64,000 bases of DNA from an uncultured Deinococcaceae bacterium (GCA_964252075.1 CAXULY010000016.1:1-64000); one strand, 5' to 3'; positions 38,071 through 50,074 are shown, counted from the stretch's first letter. A program made the numbers and translations. The notes: a model not told the origin generated them from the letters alone.

Positions 38071-39066
38071 TCACGCCCACGGCTCCACGATGACCTTGCC
38101 AGTCGTGCGGCGCGCCAGCAGGTCCTCGAAGGCCTGCCCGGTCCGCGCGAGCGGGTACCGCGGCCCCACCTGCGGCACCACCTCGCCGCCCGCGAGCAGC
38201 TGACCGAGCGCCCGGGCCGCCTCCTGCATGGCCGCCTGGTCCGTCATGAGGCTGGTCAGCCACAGGCCTGTCACGGTCAGGTTGCGCTTCATGAGCTCCA
38301 CCGGGCGCACGGTGGAGGGCTCGCGGCTCGCCGCGCCGATCACGATGCAGCGCCCGCGCGGCGCGAGCATGGCGAGGCTGTCCTGGAAGCCCTGGCCGCC
38401 CACCACCTCCAGCAGCACCTCCACGCCGCGCCCGCCGGTCGCCTCGCGCACCTTCTCCACGAGGTCCGGCGCGTCCGACAGGAAGGTCACGACGGCGCCC
38501 AGCTCACGCGCGAGGTGCAGTTTCTCCTCGGTGCTGGCGAGCGCCACGACCTTTAGGCCCAGCGCCCGCGCGAGCTGCAGGCTCGCGGTGCCCAGCGCTC
38601 CCGCCGCCGCCTGCACCAGCACCCAGTCGCCCGCGTGCGCCCGACCCAGCGTGTGCAGCGCGAAGTACGCCGTGAAGAACGACACTGGGAAGGCCGCCGC
38701 CTGCGCCGCCGAAAGGTTCGCGGGCACCGGCACGAGCGCTGCCTGAGGCACCAGCGCGTACTGCGCGAGGCCGCCCTGCCCGGCCAGCGCCGCGAAGCGC
38801 TGCCCCACCTGCACGCCCGTCACGCCCTCACCCAGTGCGTCCACGGTCCCCGCGAATTCCATGCCGGGCGTGAGCGGCAGGCGCGTGCGCGTCAGGTACT
38901 CGCCGCGCACCGTCAGCACGTCCGCGAAGTTGATGCCCACGGCCTCCACCTTCAGGCGCACCTGACCCGCGCCGGGCGTGGGCACGGGCACCTGCGCGAG
39001 TTGCAGCACCTCCGGACCACCGAGCGTCTCAACCTGCAGGGCCTGCATGTGTGCGGAATCGGTCAT
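38071..39066 (-). CDS. NADPH:quinone oxidoreductase (zeta-crystallin/MDR family)
   Basis: Motifs GGPEVL, GINFAD, PGMEFAG, AAAGALG and TTGKV. Confidence 0.93.
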   Translation of the reverse strand: MTDSAHMQALQVETLGGPEVLQLAQVPVPTPGAGQVRLKVEAVGINFADVLTVRGEYLTRTRLPLTPGMEFAGTVDALGEGVTGVQVGQRFAALAGQGGLAQYALVPQAALVPVPANLSAAQAAAFPVSFFTAYFALHTLGRAHAGDWVLVQAAAGALGTASLQLARALGLKVVALASTEEKLHLARELGAVVTFLSDAPDLVEKVREATGGRGVEVLLEVVGGQGFQDSLAMLAPRGRCIVIGAASREPSTVRPVELMKRNLTVTGLWLTSLMTDQAAMQEAARALGQLLAGGEVVPQVGPRYPLARTGQAFEDLLARRTTGKVIVEPWA

Positions 39067-39106
39067 GGGGCACAGGCTACGCCGCGCGCCGCCCCTCTGG
39101 ATAGGT

Positions 39107-39586
39107 TCAGCGCCCCCGTTCCCGGCGCTCCTGCTGCCGCATGGGCATGCCGTCAATGGTCGCGAACAGCTCCTGCGCGCCCGGCAGGCCGCCGTACACG
39201 CCCTTGATGCCCCCGTCCTTACCGATCAGGTAGGAGCGCTTCGCACCGCCATAGGCGGCCTGGACCTTCCCGCCCGGGTCACTGAGCACCGTGATGGGTG
39301 CGGCCCAGGGCACCGTGAGCAGTGTCGCGCCGGGCGGCACCACGGCCAGCACCCGCAGGTCGCGGTCCAGATAGCCCTGCGCTGCCGCCTGCACCTCTCG
39401 CAGCGCCGCCTCGTCCGGCGCGAGCGCAATCAGCAGCCGGGAACGTCCCAGCACACTCCGAAGATGCACGGTCTGCCCGTCCGCCGCCTTCAGGGTGAAG
39501 TCGGGCGGACGACCGTTCAGGTCCGGCGCGGCGCCCGCGGAGGACAGCAGCAGGGCGAGGGCCAGCAGGGTCAGGGCGCGCAGCAT
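39107..39586 (-). CDS. Exported thioredoxin-fold protein without Cys (DUF4174-like)
   Basis: Signal peptide, PDFTL, YLIGKDG and C-terminal LFATIDGMPMRQQE. The start could be 39607. Confidence 0.72.
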   Translation of the reverse strand: MLRALTLLALALLLSSAGAAPDLNGRPPDFTLKAADGQTVHLRSVLGRSRLLIALAPDEAALREVQAAAQGYLDRDLRVLAVVPPGATLLTVPWAAPITVLSDPGGKVQAAYGGAKRSYLIGKDGGIKGVYGGLPGAQELFATIDGMPMRQQERRERGR

Positions 39587-39675
39587 GATGCGTTCAGGCT
39601 GCGCCATGGGCGTGAAGCACGGCTTCGAGAATGCTCAAGGGCCGCCGGAACTCCGGCGGCCCCCAGATCGGCCCT

Positions 39676-42651
39676 TTACTTCCCGACGAAGACCGCCGTG
39701 GTCAAGCCCGGCACGGTCAGGCCATTCGCGCCCGCCTTGCTGCCCTTCACGACGGGGTCGCTGGACTTCGCCAGAACGGGGTGCAGGCTGAGCCTCAGGC
39801 CCGCGAGCGCCGGGTCCGTCACGGTGGTGGCGGCGCCGCCGCCGTTGAACACCACCACGACCTCCCGCCACGGGTTGCCCTGGCCCGGCTGGCCCGTCAG
39901 GCGCATGGCGATCACGCCCGGCGCCGCCTTCAGGAAAATCAGCTGCTTCTGCACCGCCGCGCCCGAACCCAGGCGGAACAGGGTGCTGGAGGCGCGCACG
40001 GCGAGCATCTCGCGCAGGTGGTCACTGGCGCGGGTGCGGTCCGCTGCCGTCACGCGCAGTTTAGGGTTCGCGAGCAGGGTCTTATACAGCGGCCAGCCCT
40101 CCTTGTTTTTCTCGGCGGGCGGCAGGCCACGCCCGAAGCCGTTGTCGGCGCCCGTCCAGTGAATCTCGTTGAACCAGTCACCGCTGTTGTAGCTGTCCGT
40201 GTCGAAGCTCTTCGAGCGCAGCAGTTCGTCACCCGCGTGGATGAAGGGCACGCCCTGTCCGAGCAGCAGCACGCTCTCCGCGAGGTTCTGCATCCGCACC
40301 CGTTGTGCGGTGGTGGCGCCGCGCGGGGCCTTGAGCAGCACGGCGTCCCACAGGGTCTGGTTGTCGTGCGCGCTCGCGTAATTGATGGCCTCGGTGGGGC
40401 TGGCGGTGTACCCGGCCGGCGCGCCGTTGTAGTCCACCTGCCCGCCTGTCATGGTCTTGCCGGTGGAGTCGGTCAGTTTATAGTCGCGCAGGTTCCCGGT
40501 CAGGCCGAGCTTCACGAGGTCCGTGAGCTTCCCGAGGCGGGCCGCGTCGGTGTTCTGCGGCTGGCCGTTCGGAAGGCCCACGAGGCCCGTCGCGAAGCCC
40601 TGGTCCTGCAGGCCCCCGAAGGGATTCCCGCCGCGCAGCGCGTCCCGGATGCGGTCGTTGAAGGTCCCGATGCCCTGCCCGTACAGGTTCACCTGCGTGG
40701 CGTTCACGCCGCGCTTGCCGCCCTGCACCTCCCCGAAGTCCCAGCCCTCGCCGTAGAGGTAGATCTTCTTGCCGTTCACCCCGTCCTTCTGCAGGGTCAG
40801 GGCGTCCAGCGCGCGGCGCACCGCCTGCATGTCCGCGACCATGTGGTGCCCCATCAGGTCGAAGCGGAAGCCGTCCACCTTGTAGGTCCTGGCCTGCCAC
40901 ACCAGGGCGTCCACCATCAGCTTGCGCATCATGTGGTGCTCCGTGGCGGTGTTGGAGCAGCAGGTGCTGTTCTCCACTCCACCGTCCGTGTTCAGGCGCT
41001 GGTAATAGCCGGGCACCACCTGGTCCAGCACGCTCATGGGATCCTGCCCGCTGGCCGCCGTGTGGTTGAACACTGCGTCCTGCACCACCCGCAGGCCCGT
41101 CCCGTTCAGCGCCGCGACCATCTGGCGGTACTCCAGCGTGCGCGCGTCCGGATTCACGGCGTAGCTGCCCTCCGGCACGAGGTAATGGTAGGGGTCGTAG
41201 CCCCAGTTGAAGCCGTCCGCGTTCTGCACCTTCGTCACGGCGGCCTGCTGCGCGTCACTGTCGGGCGGGAGCTGGCTCAGGTCGCCGGGCGTCTGCCACT
41301 GGCTCCTGTCCTCGTTGATGCTGGTCGTGGCGATGTCGAAGGTGGGCAGCAGGTGCACGGCCCGCAGGCCCGCGTCCGCGAGGGCCTTGAGGTGCCGCAT
41401 CCCGTCGCTCTTCACGTCCGTGAAGGCCAGGTACGTGCCGCGGTGCGCGGCGGGCACGCTGGCGTCCGCCACGCTGAAGTCCCGCACGTGCAACTCGTAC
41501 AGGCTGAGGTCCGCGAAGCTCCGCAACTCGGGCTTCTTGAGCTTGTCCCAGCCCTTCGGCATGCTGGCCGGGTCGTTCAGGTCCGCGATCACGCCCTGGG
41601 TGCTGTTGTGCGTGAGGGCCACCGCGTAGGGGTCCGTCACGAGGTTCCTCTCGACCTTCCCGGTTGTGGGCGCGAAGACCCGCACCTCGTACAGGTAGCC
41701 CTGGCCCTTCCAGCTCGCGTCGCCTGTGGCACTCCACACGCCGCGCTCGCCGCGCGTCATGGGCAGCACCCGCTCCTGAGTGCCCTGGAACAGGTGCAGC
41801 TTCACGTCCTGCGCGGTGGGCGCCCACACGCGCAGGGTCGGGGCACCACCCGACCAGCTCAGGCCGAGGGGACCGTCGTACACGTCCAGGTCGTCCAGCG
41901 CGCCCCACAGCTGCACGCCCGTCGCGTCGATGAGCTTGTCGTCCAGGCCGGTGGAGGAGAGCGCCAGTTGCCCGCGCAGCAGGTCCGGCACCTTCGCGGC
42001 GTCCTCGGGCCGCACCTGCACCAGCGCGTAGTCCGCGAGGTAGGGGTACTTGGCTTTCAGGTCCACGCTCAGCCCGCCGTCCACCCGCACGAGCGGCACC
42101 TCCGTCCCGCCCGTGATGCCCGTGGGCGTGAGCTTCAGGTCACCTGTCGCGCTGCCGTACAGGTTCACCAGCGCGCCGTTCGCGATCAGCGCGGGCTTCA
42201 CGGCGATCAGGTCCTTCGTCAGCCAGATCGCTTGCCGCTTCCCCAGGTCGCCCACCACACGCTGGCTGGGGTCCGGCTGCTGGGTGTACACGGTGTTGTC
42301 GCCGCTGATAATCCAGGCCTCCCTGCCGTCCTTGCTGAGTAAGGTCATGTCCGGGCCGGGGTCCTTGGTGTCCCCGCTGTGCACGATGAAGTTCAGCTTC
42401 TGCCAGCCCGCCTTCATGGGCACGTCCCAGTACGCGCCGAAAGGGTCCTTGCCGGTCTGCGCGAGGGGCTTGGTCCACTCCACCTGCGCGGTGGTGTCCT
42501 CCCACACGTGCAGGCCCCACGGCGCGTAGTTGCCGTCGGCGCGGAAGTAATGCATGCGGGCGGTGCCCTCCGGCAGGGCCGCCTGAGCGAGCGTGGGGGT
42601 GAGGCCCAGCGTGAGCAGGGCGAGCGTGACGAACGCTGCGGCGTGACGCAT
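39676..42651 (-). CDS. pulA: Secreted pullulanase-type alpha-1,6-glucosidase (CBM41 + GH13)
   Basis: Signal peptide, CBM41-like HYFRADG...WGLHVW, FNWGYDP and catalytic GFRFDLM, YGEGW and HDN. Confidence 0.95.
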   Translation of the reverse strand: MRHAAAFVTLALLTLGLTPTLAQAALPEGTARMHYFRADGNYAPWGLHVWEDTTAQVEWTKPLAQTGKDPFGAYWDVPMKAGWQKLNFIVHSGDTKDPGPDMTLLSKDGREAWIISGDNTVYTQQPDPSQRVVGDLGKRQAIWLTKDLIAVKPALIANGALVNLYGSATGDLKLTPTGITGGTEVPLVRVDGGLSVDLKAKYPYLADYALVQVRPEDAAKVPDLLRGQLALSSTGLDDKLIDATGVQLWGALDDLDVYDGPLGLSWSGGAPTLRVWAPTAQDVKLHLFQGTQERVLPMTRGERGVWSATGDASWKGQGYLYEVRVFAPTTGKVERNLVTDPYAVALTHNSTQGVIADLNDPASMPKGWDKLKKPELRSFADLSLYELHVRDFSVADASVPAAHRGTYLAFTDVKSDGMRHLKALADAGLRAVHLLPTFDIATTSINEDRSQWQTPGDLSQLPPDSDAQQAAVTKVQNADGFNWGYDPYHYLVPEGSYAVNPDARTLEYRQMVAALNGTGLRVVQDAVFNHTAASGQDPMSVLDQVVPGYYQRLNTDGGVENSTCCSNTATEHHMMRKLMVDALVWQARTYKVDGFRFDLMGHHMVADMQAVRRALDALTLQKDGVNGKKIYLYGEGWDFGEVQGGKRGVNATQVNLYGQGIGTFNDRIRDALRGGNPFGGLQDQGFATGLVGLPNGQPQNTDAARLGKLTDLVKLGLTGNLRDYKLTDSTGKTMTGGQVDYNGAPAGYTASPTEAINYASAHDNQTLWDAVLLKAPRGATTAQRVRMQNLAESVLLLGQGVPFIHAGDELLRSKSFDTDSYNSGDWFNEIHWTGADNGFGRGLPPAEKNKEGWPLYKTLLANPKLRVTAADRTRASDHLREMLAVRASSTLFRLGSGAAVQKQLIFLKAAPGVIAMRLTGQPGQGNPWREVVVVFNGGGAATTVTDPALAGLRLSLHPVLAKSSDPVVKGSKAGANGLTVPGLTTAVFVGK

Positions 42652-42756
42652 GGTTGTTCTCCTTCGGGAGCCATTTAACCATGTCGGTCACGGGCGCCCT
42701 CCCGTGGCACACTGGGCCGTGCCCCGTTTCGCCTCACGCGCCGCCGGAGCGCGCGC

Positions 42757-43203
42757 ATGACCCCCGACCCCCAGCGCACGCAGGCACTCCTTCAGGCCTA
42801 CCGGGACACCCGTTACGAGGTGCTGGACGGCGGTGAGCTGATCGTGGCGCGCATCGGCGAGCGCAGCGCGGCGCTGGACGCGCTGCTGCAGCGTCACGGC
42901 GTGCAGGAGGGCAGCTTCCTGACCGCCTGGAACCCCGCGAGCGAGGCGCGCAGCCTGGAGGAGAACACCCGCGCGCACCACCGCCTGCTGGACACCCTCG
43001 CCCATCGCGGCCAGCGGCACCTCCCGCACACGGGCCGGTCCGAGGACCTGAACTGGAGCGAGGAGGGCGTGTTCCTGCTCGGCGGGTCGCTTCAGGACGC
43101 GGTGGCGCTGGCCGTGGACTTCGGGCAGTACGCGCTGGTGCACGTGGCGTCCGGCGAGCCGCCCCGGCTGGTGCCCACCCGGCTGCTCGACGCGGGCGCC
43201 TGA
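42757..43203 (+). CDS. DUF3293-like hypothetical protein
   Basis: Motifs LLQAY..TRY, FLTAWNP.S, W.EEG and FGQ.A. Confidence 0.75.
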   Translation: MTPDPQRTQALLQAYRDTRYEVLDGGELIVARIGERSAALDALLQRHGVQEGSFLTAWNPASEARSLEENTRAHHRLLDTLAHRGQRHLPHTGRSEDLNWSEEGVFLLGGSLQDAVALAVDFGQYALVHVASGEPPRLVPTRLLDAGA

Positions 43204-43260
43204 GGCGGCGCCGCCAAGGGGCAGCCGGGGCAGGTGCGCGCCGCATGAACGCCCACCCCA

Positions 43261-44271
43261 TCAGGGGGCACTCAGGTCGCGCTGCACGCGCGCGAGGGTG
43301 TCCTCCAACTGTTCCAGGCTCGGCAGGATGAAGCGCCGGATCACCTCCAGCGCCGCCGCGTCCTGCTCGGGGCGCGTGTGCTCGTGCAGCACGGCGTGCA
43401 CGTCCACCGCGATGTCCTCCAGCACCCGCCGCCGCAGGTAGAAGCCCAGCAGCGCGACGTCGGGGGGTTGGGCGTCCCCCGAGGCCGCCCAGTACGCGGG
43501 CAGCACTTCGGGCAGGCGCTCGTGCAGCATCCACAGGTCATGCTCGGGCGGCGCGAGTCGGGCGGACTCCCAGTCAATGAGCCACAGCTCCCCCCCGTCG
43601 TCCCGCATGACGTTGCCTCCGTGCGCGTCCGTGTGGCACAGCACGAGGCGCGGCGGGCGGGTCAGGGCCTGCCGCTGCGCCCCCCGCAGGTCATTCAGCA
43701 GGTGTCGCAGGTGCGCCTCGCGCGGCGCCAGCAGGGCCGCGAGCGCCTGCACGCCGGGACGACCGTCCGTACCGGACCGCAGGTGCGCGAGGTCCCGTTG
43801 CAGCGGTCCGTCGAAGGGCAGCGCGAAGTCCTCGGGTGGGAAGGGCAGTGAGGGCGCGGCCTCCAGCACCGCCCGCGTGCCCGCGTGCAGGCGCCCCAGC
43901 AGCGGCGCGAGCTCCCCGAGCGCCGCCGTCCAGCTGTCCCCGAGCGGGCGCCCCTCAATCCACGCGTACACGATCAGCGAATGACCCTCAAGGCGCGTGA
44001 TGGGCGCACCACCCAGGGTGAGGAGCGGCCGGGGCACCCGGTCCAGCACCCCGCGGTCCCGCAGGGCGCGCAGCAGGGGCAGTTCCGCCGCCGCCTGGCC
44101 CGAGCGGGTGTCCGGCAGCAGCTTCGCGAACCAGCGGCCCCCCGGCCCGTCCAGCCGGTAGGCGGGCGCGGAGCCGTGCGGCAGGAACGCGGCGGTGTCG
44201 GGCGTCAGGCCATACCGTTCACGCACCGCGCCCAGCAGCGCCGCGCGGTCCAGGGGAGGCTCAGCGCTCAT
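43261..44271 (-). CDS. Aminoglycoside phosphotransferase / choline kinase-like protein
   Basis: Motifs WFAK, Brenner HTDAHGGN, LIDWE and APPEHDL. Confidence 0.88.
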   Translation of the reverse strand: MSAEPPLDRAALLGAVRERYGLTPDTAAFLPHGSAPAYRLDGPGGRWFAKLLPDTRSGQAAAELPLLRALRDRGVLDRVPRPLLTLGGAPITRLEGHSLIVYAWIEGRPLGDSWTAALGELAPLLGRLHAGTRAVLEAAPSLPFPPEDFALPFDGPLQRDLAHLRSGTDGRPGVQALAALLAPREAHLRHLLNDLRGAQRQALTRPPRLVLCHTDAHGGNVMRDDGGELWLIDWESARLAPPEHDLWMLHERLPEVLPAYWAASGDAQPPDVALLGFYLRRRVLEDIAVDVHAVLHEHTRPEQDAAALEVIRRFILPSLEQLEDTLARVQRDLSAP

Positions 44272-44307
44272 GCCCCCACCGTGGAACGCAGGCCCACGGG
44301 GCGGACG

Positions 44308-45837
44308 TCAGCGGCCCCGAGTGCCTTCCGAGAGCGCCTCCGGCTGCCGGTAGTGCACGCCGAGGCGCCGCAGGTCCTCCAGGCGCGCGGGCAGGCGCCG
44401 CAGGAAGTCCTGCTCGTTGCGCGCCGCGCGCGGCGACCACGCGACCTCCGCGAGCGCCAGCGTGCGCGGAAACAGCATGTACTGCACGTGCCGCTCGGAG
44501 TCCATGTACTCCGTCCAGGTGTTCGCCTGCACCCCCAGGATGTGCCGCGCCTCCTCGGGCGTCAGGACGTCCGGCACGGGGTCATAGGCGTACACGCGCT
44601 CCAGCGGCGAGTGCCCCCCAATCGCGAGCGGTTCCCGGTGCTGCTCGGCCTGCAGGTGATCAAAGTACACGTGCGTCTGCGGTGTCATCACCACGTCGTG
44701 CCCCGCCTGCGCCGCCAGGATGCCGCCCTCCTCACCGCGCCACGACATGACGGTCGCGCCGGGCGCCAGGCCACCCTCCAGAATCTCATCCCAGCCGATC
44801 AGGCGCCGCCCGCGCTCCGTCAGGAAGGCGTCCATGCGCCGCATGAAGTAACTCTGCAGTTCCTCCTCGCTCTGCAGGCCCAGCTCACGCATGCGGGCCT
44901 GCATCTCGGGGCTCTGCTGCCACTCGATCTTCTTGCACTCGTCGCCGCCCACGTGAATGAAGGTGCTCGGGAAGATGTCCAGCAGCTCGGACAGCACGTC
45001 CTGCATGAAGGTGATGGTCTCCTCGCGCACGCTCAGCACCTGCTCGCTGATGTCCCACACCTTCCGCACGCCCTGCACCGGGGTGCCGTTCCCCAGCTCC
45101 GGGTACGCGGCGATGGCGGCCTGCATGTGCCCCGGCATGTCCACCTCCGGCACCACCGTGACGTGCCGCTCGGCGGCGTAGCGCACCACCTCGCGCAGGT
45201 CATCCTGCGTGTAGTACCCGCCGTGCGGCACGCCGTCGAACGTCCACCCCGGCGCGTGGTGATGCCCGACCAACGTCTCGTCGCGCCACGCGCCCACCTC
45301 GGTGAGCCGCGGGTACTTCCTGATCTCCGCGCGCCAGCCCTGGTCGTCCGTGAGGTGCCAGTGGAAGGTGTTCAGCTTGAAGTGCGCCATGACATCAATG
45401 ACGTCCTTCACGAAGGACACCGGGAAGAAGTGACGGCTCACGTCCAGCATCAGGCCGCGCCACGCGAAGCGCGGGGCGTCCTGCACCTCCACGCCGGGCA
45501 GCACGCCGCCGCGCAGCAGCTGACTGAGCGTCTGCGCCCCGTAGTACAGGCCCGCAGGACCGCCGCTCAGCCGCACGCCGTCCGGCGTGACGCTCAGGCG
45601 GTACGCTTCCGACCCGAGCGCGTCATCCAGTTCGAGGGCCATGTGCGGCCCCTGCGCCTCCTCCTGCACGGGCAGCGAGAGGCCGTGCAGGGCCGTCAGG
45701 CGCGCGCTCAGGGCGTGGGCGGCCGCCCGGGACGCGGCGTCCCGCGCGACGATGGGCGTGGAGGCCAGGACCGTGAACTGACCGGGCTGCTCCTGCAGGT
45801 GGACGGGGCATGGAATGACGGAAGGGCGCTCGGGCAT
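44308..45837 (-). CDS. Beta-N-acetylhexosaminidase (GH20), no signal peptide
   Basis: Motifs RGLMLDVSRH, HWHLTDDQGWR, PEVDMPGH, catalytic HVGGDE and WTEY. Confidence 0.96.
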   Translation of the reverse strand: MPERPSVIPCPVHLQEQPGQFTVLASTPIVARDAASRAAAHALSARLTALHGLSLPVQEEAQGPHMALELDDALGSEAYRLSVTPDGVRLSGGPAGLYYGAQTLSQLLRGGVLPGVEVQDAPRFAWRGLMLDVSRHFFPVSFVKDVIDVMAHFKLNTFHWHLTDDQGWRAEIRKYPRLTEVGAWRDETLVGHHHAPGWTFDGVPHGGYYTQDDLREVVRYAAERHVTVVPEVDMPGHMQAAIAAYPELGNGTPVQGVRKVWDISEQVLSVREETITFMQDVLSELLDIFPSTFIHVGGDECKKIEWQQSPEMQARMRELGLQSEEELQSYFMRRMDAFLTERGRRLIGWDEILEGGLAPGATVMSWRGEEGGILAAQAGHDVVMTPQTHVYFDHLQAEQHREPLAIGGHSPLERVYAYDPVPDVLTPEEARHILGVQANTWTEYMDSERHVQYMLFPRTLALAEVAWSPRAARNEQDFLRRLPARLEDLRRLGVHYRQPEALSEGTRGR

Positions 45838-45988
45838 GATGGACCTCCTGGGTTAAGCCCGACGTTAACACACGCCGCCCAGCGGGACACGCACGGCCAC
45901 CCCACTCCATTCGTGAGGCGGCCCCGCCTCCAGAACGGACCACCGAGCAAAACCCCCCGCTTCGCGCCGGCTTATTAGCCTCTCCCCC

Positions 45989-46077
45989 AGTGCCAGGCGA
46001 GCGGTCGTCAGGTACGCGGTGGAGACGGCAGCGCTGTTGTTCACCCCCTCCGCTCCGAGGGTGTTTCGACGACCCTC
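45989..46077 (+). ncRNA. Candidate small structured RNA (three-way junction)
   Basis: TAGCCT -10 box at 45976-45981. Helices GGTCGTC/GACGACC, GGTGGA/TTCACC, CGGCA/TGTTG and CCCTC/GAGGG; the G-U pairs work only on the plus strand. Confidence 0.3.
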
Positions 46078-46091
46078 CACCACCGCGCCCC

Positions 46092-46640
46092 TCAACGCAG
46101 GCGGGCCGCGCCCTCCAGCCAGCCGCGCTCCGTCGCGACCTCCAGCGGCGTGCGGCCCGAGAAGTTCGCGGCGGTGACGCCCGCCCCGTGCTCCAGCAGC
46201 CAAGCGAGGGCGTCCAGGCTGCGCGCCATCACCGCCGCGTGCACCGCGCCGTCCAATCCCTCCCGCGCGCCTGCATCCCACGCGACCTGCAGCGTCCCGG
46301 GGTCCCCGGAGAGTGCCGCGTGGAACAACAGCGGGATGCCATGCGCGCCGGGCGTGCCCACGAGTTCCGGCTGAGCGGCCAGCAGCGCGCGCAGATCATC
46401 CGACCAGCCCAGCATGGCGAGCGCGCCGTGCGTGGGCGCCGCGCCCTTGTCCAGCAGGAACAGCGCCACGTCGCGGCTGCCGGTGTGCGCGGCGGCCTCC
46501 ATCGCGGACTCGTTCCACGGCGCGTACCGGGCGTCCAGCACCTCGGGGTGCGCCTCGAAGAGCGCCTGCACGCGCGTCAGGTTGCCGTGCGCGTTCGCCA
46601 CGAACTCATGCAGCGGGCCGTCGAAGTCAGGTGCAGTCAT
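46092..46640 (-). CDS. Ankyrin repeat protein
   Basis: Repeats ESAMEAAAHTG...FLLDKGA, IPLLFHAALSG and WLLEHGA...GRTPLEVA. Confidence 0.9.
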   Translation of the reverse strand: MTAPDFDGPLHEFVANAHGNLTRVQALFEAHPEVLDARYAPWNESAMEAAAHTGSRDVALFLLDKGAAPTHGALAMLGWSDDLRALLAAQPELVGTPGAHGIPLLFHAALSGDPGTLQVAWDAGAREGLDGAVHAAVMARSLDALAWLLEHGAGVTAANFSGRTPLEVATERGWLEGAARLR

Positions 46641-46766
46641 GAGGACAGGGTACGGGCTGGCACACCCCCGGTGTGCTGGAAGCAGGGCTGGTGGTGACTG
46701 GGCGATCCATCCGGGAAGGCCATGGGCGAGCGCGTCGGTGCGGTCAGGGCAGAACCTGAATCTGAC

Positions 46767-46941
46767 GGCGCCAAAGTGTCTCCTGTTTACCGCTCAGGTC
46801 GTGCCGGCAAGTGCATCCTAGGTGGACACGCATTCCGCTCGTGAGGAGGTGCTCCATCCTCCAGGTGGAAGCGTCGAACCGAACCATGCCGTGACGTCAA
46901 TCTGGCACTTGCCCGGCCTGGCAGGTTGCAGGCGTGGCGCT
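46767..46941 (+). ncRNA. Candidate rod-shaped ncRNA of about 175 nt with a central bubble
   Basis: Nested helices by eye: GGCGCCA/TGGCGCT, CAGGTCG/CGGCCTG, GGCAAGTGC/GCACTTGCC, ACGC/GCGT, TTCCGCT/GGTGGAA and GAGGA/TCCTC. Lies in a 550-nt gap with no credible ORF. Confidence 0.3.
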
Positions 46942-47048
46942 TGCCTCTGTGAACCGGTGGTTCATGCTGATGCCCCGCCCCGCTCGGAGTCACCGCGCCC
47001 GGAGGGGCCGGATCAGGTGGTCCTTCGGTGCCTTCAGGTGCGGGTGGT

Positions 47049-47086
47049 GAAAGCCCCGCACGGCGTTGGTTTTCGCGCGTGCGGGG
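47049..47086 (-). terminator. Probable lysA terminator
   Basis: CCCCGCACG/CGTGCGGGG stem followed by CTTTC on the minus strand, about 105 nt after the lysA stop. Confidence 0.5.
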
Positions 47087-47191
47087 AAGTGGGAGGCCCG
47101 CGGTCACCCTGCTGGGTGGGCAATGCGCGGCTCCGGGCGATCGTGCTCGCTCAGGCTGAGGCGTCCGGCGTGCGCGGGGTGCGTTCAGTGC

Positions 47192-48328
<1,137 letters not shown>

Positions 48329-48426
48329 GACCTTCAGCGTAGCGCGGCGCGCCCCACGCGTTGACTTCCGCGCGGTGAGTTCCGTCACGCGGCGCGCGCG
48401 GCCCCCCTGCTACACTCCTGAAGCCC

Positions 48427-49542
<1,116 letters not shown>

Positions 49543-49558
49543 GGCGAATCGCGCAGCG

Positions 49559-49589
49559 AGAAGGGCTGAGGCACCGCCTCAGCCCTTCT
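49559..49589. terminator. Bidirectional terminator-like hairpin between mnmA and greA
   Basis: Perfect 14-bp inverted repeat AGAAGGGCTGAGGC-ACC-GCCTCAGCCCTTCT. Confidence 0.75.
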
Positions 49590-49603
49590 GCCATGCTGGT
49601 TCC

Positions 49604-50074
<471 letters not shown>

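Noticed and set aside
45989..46080. ZTP riboswitch, glmS ribozyme or tmRNA end, suggested by GGGTCGT...CGCCTGGCA and CTCCACCA
   Set aside because: Required elements are missing (no GACTGGCG pseudoknot partner, no glmS core, no T-arm), and the gene context does not fit.
46750..46887. 47-codon minus-strand ORF MVRFDASTWRMEHLL...QIQVLP, and track ORFs 46787-47107 and 46822-47727
   Set aside because: Codon usage is unlike host genes, there is no RBS or leaderless -10 box, and no motif is recognisable.
46780..46900. SRP RNA or RNase P RNA identity for the structured gap
   Set aside because: It lacks the SRP domain IV signature (CAGG...GAAGGAAGCAG) and the RNase P GAGGAAAGTCC motif.
47038..47061. 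GTGCGGGTGGTGAAAGCCCCGCAC as a group II intron domain or ribozyme fragment
   Set aside because: No domain V catalytic triad or intron context. The overlapping inverted repeat is better explained as the lysA terminator.
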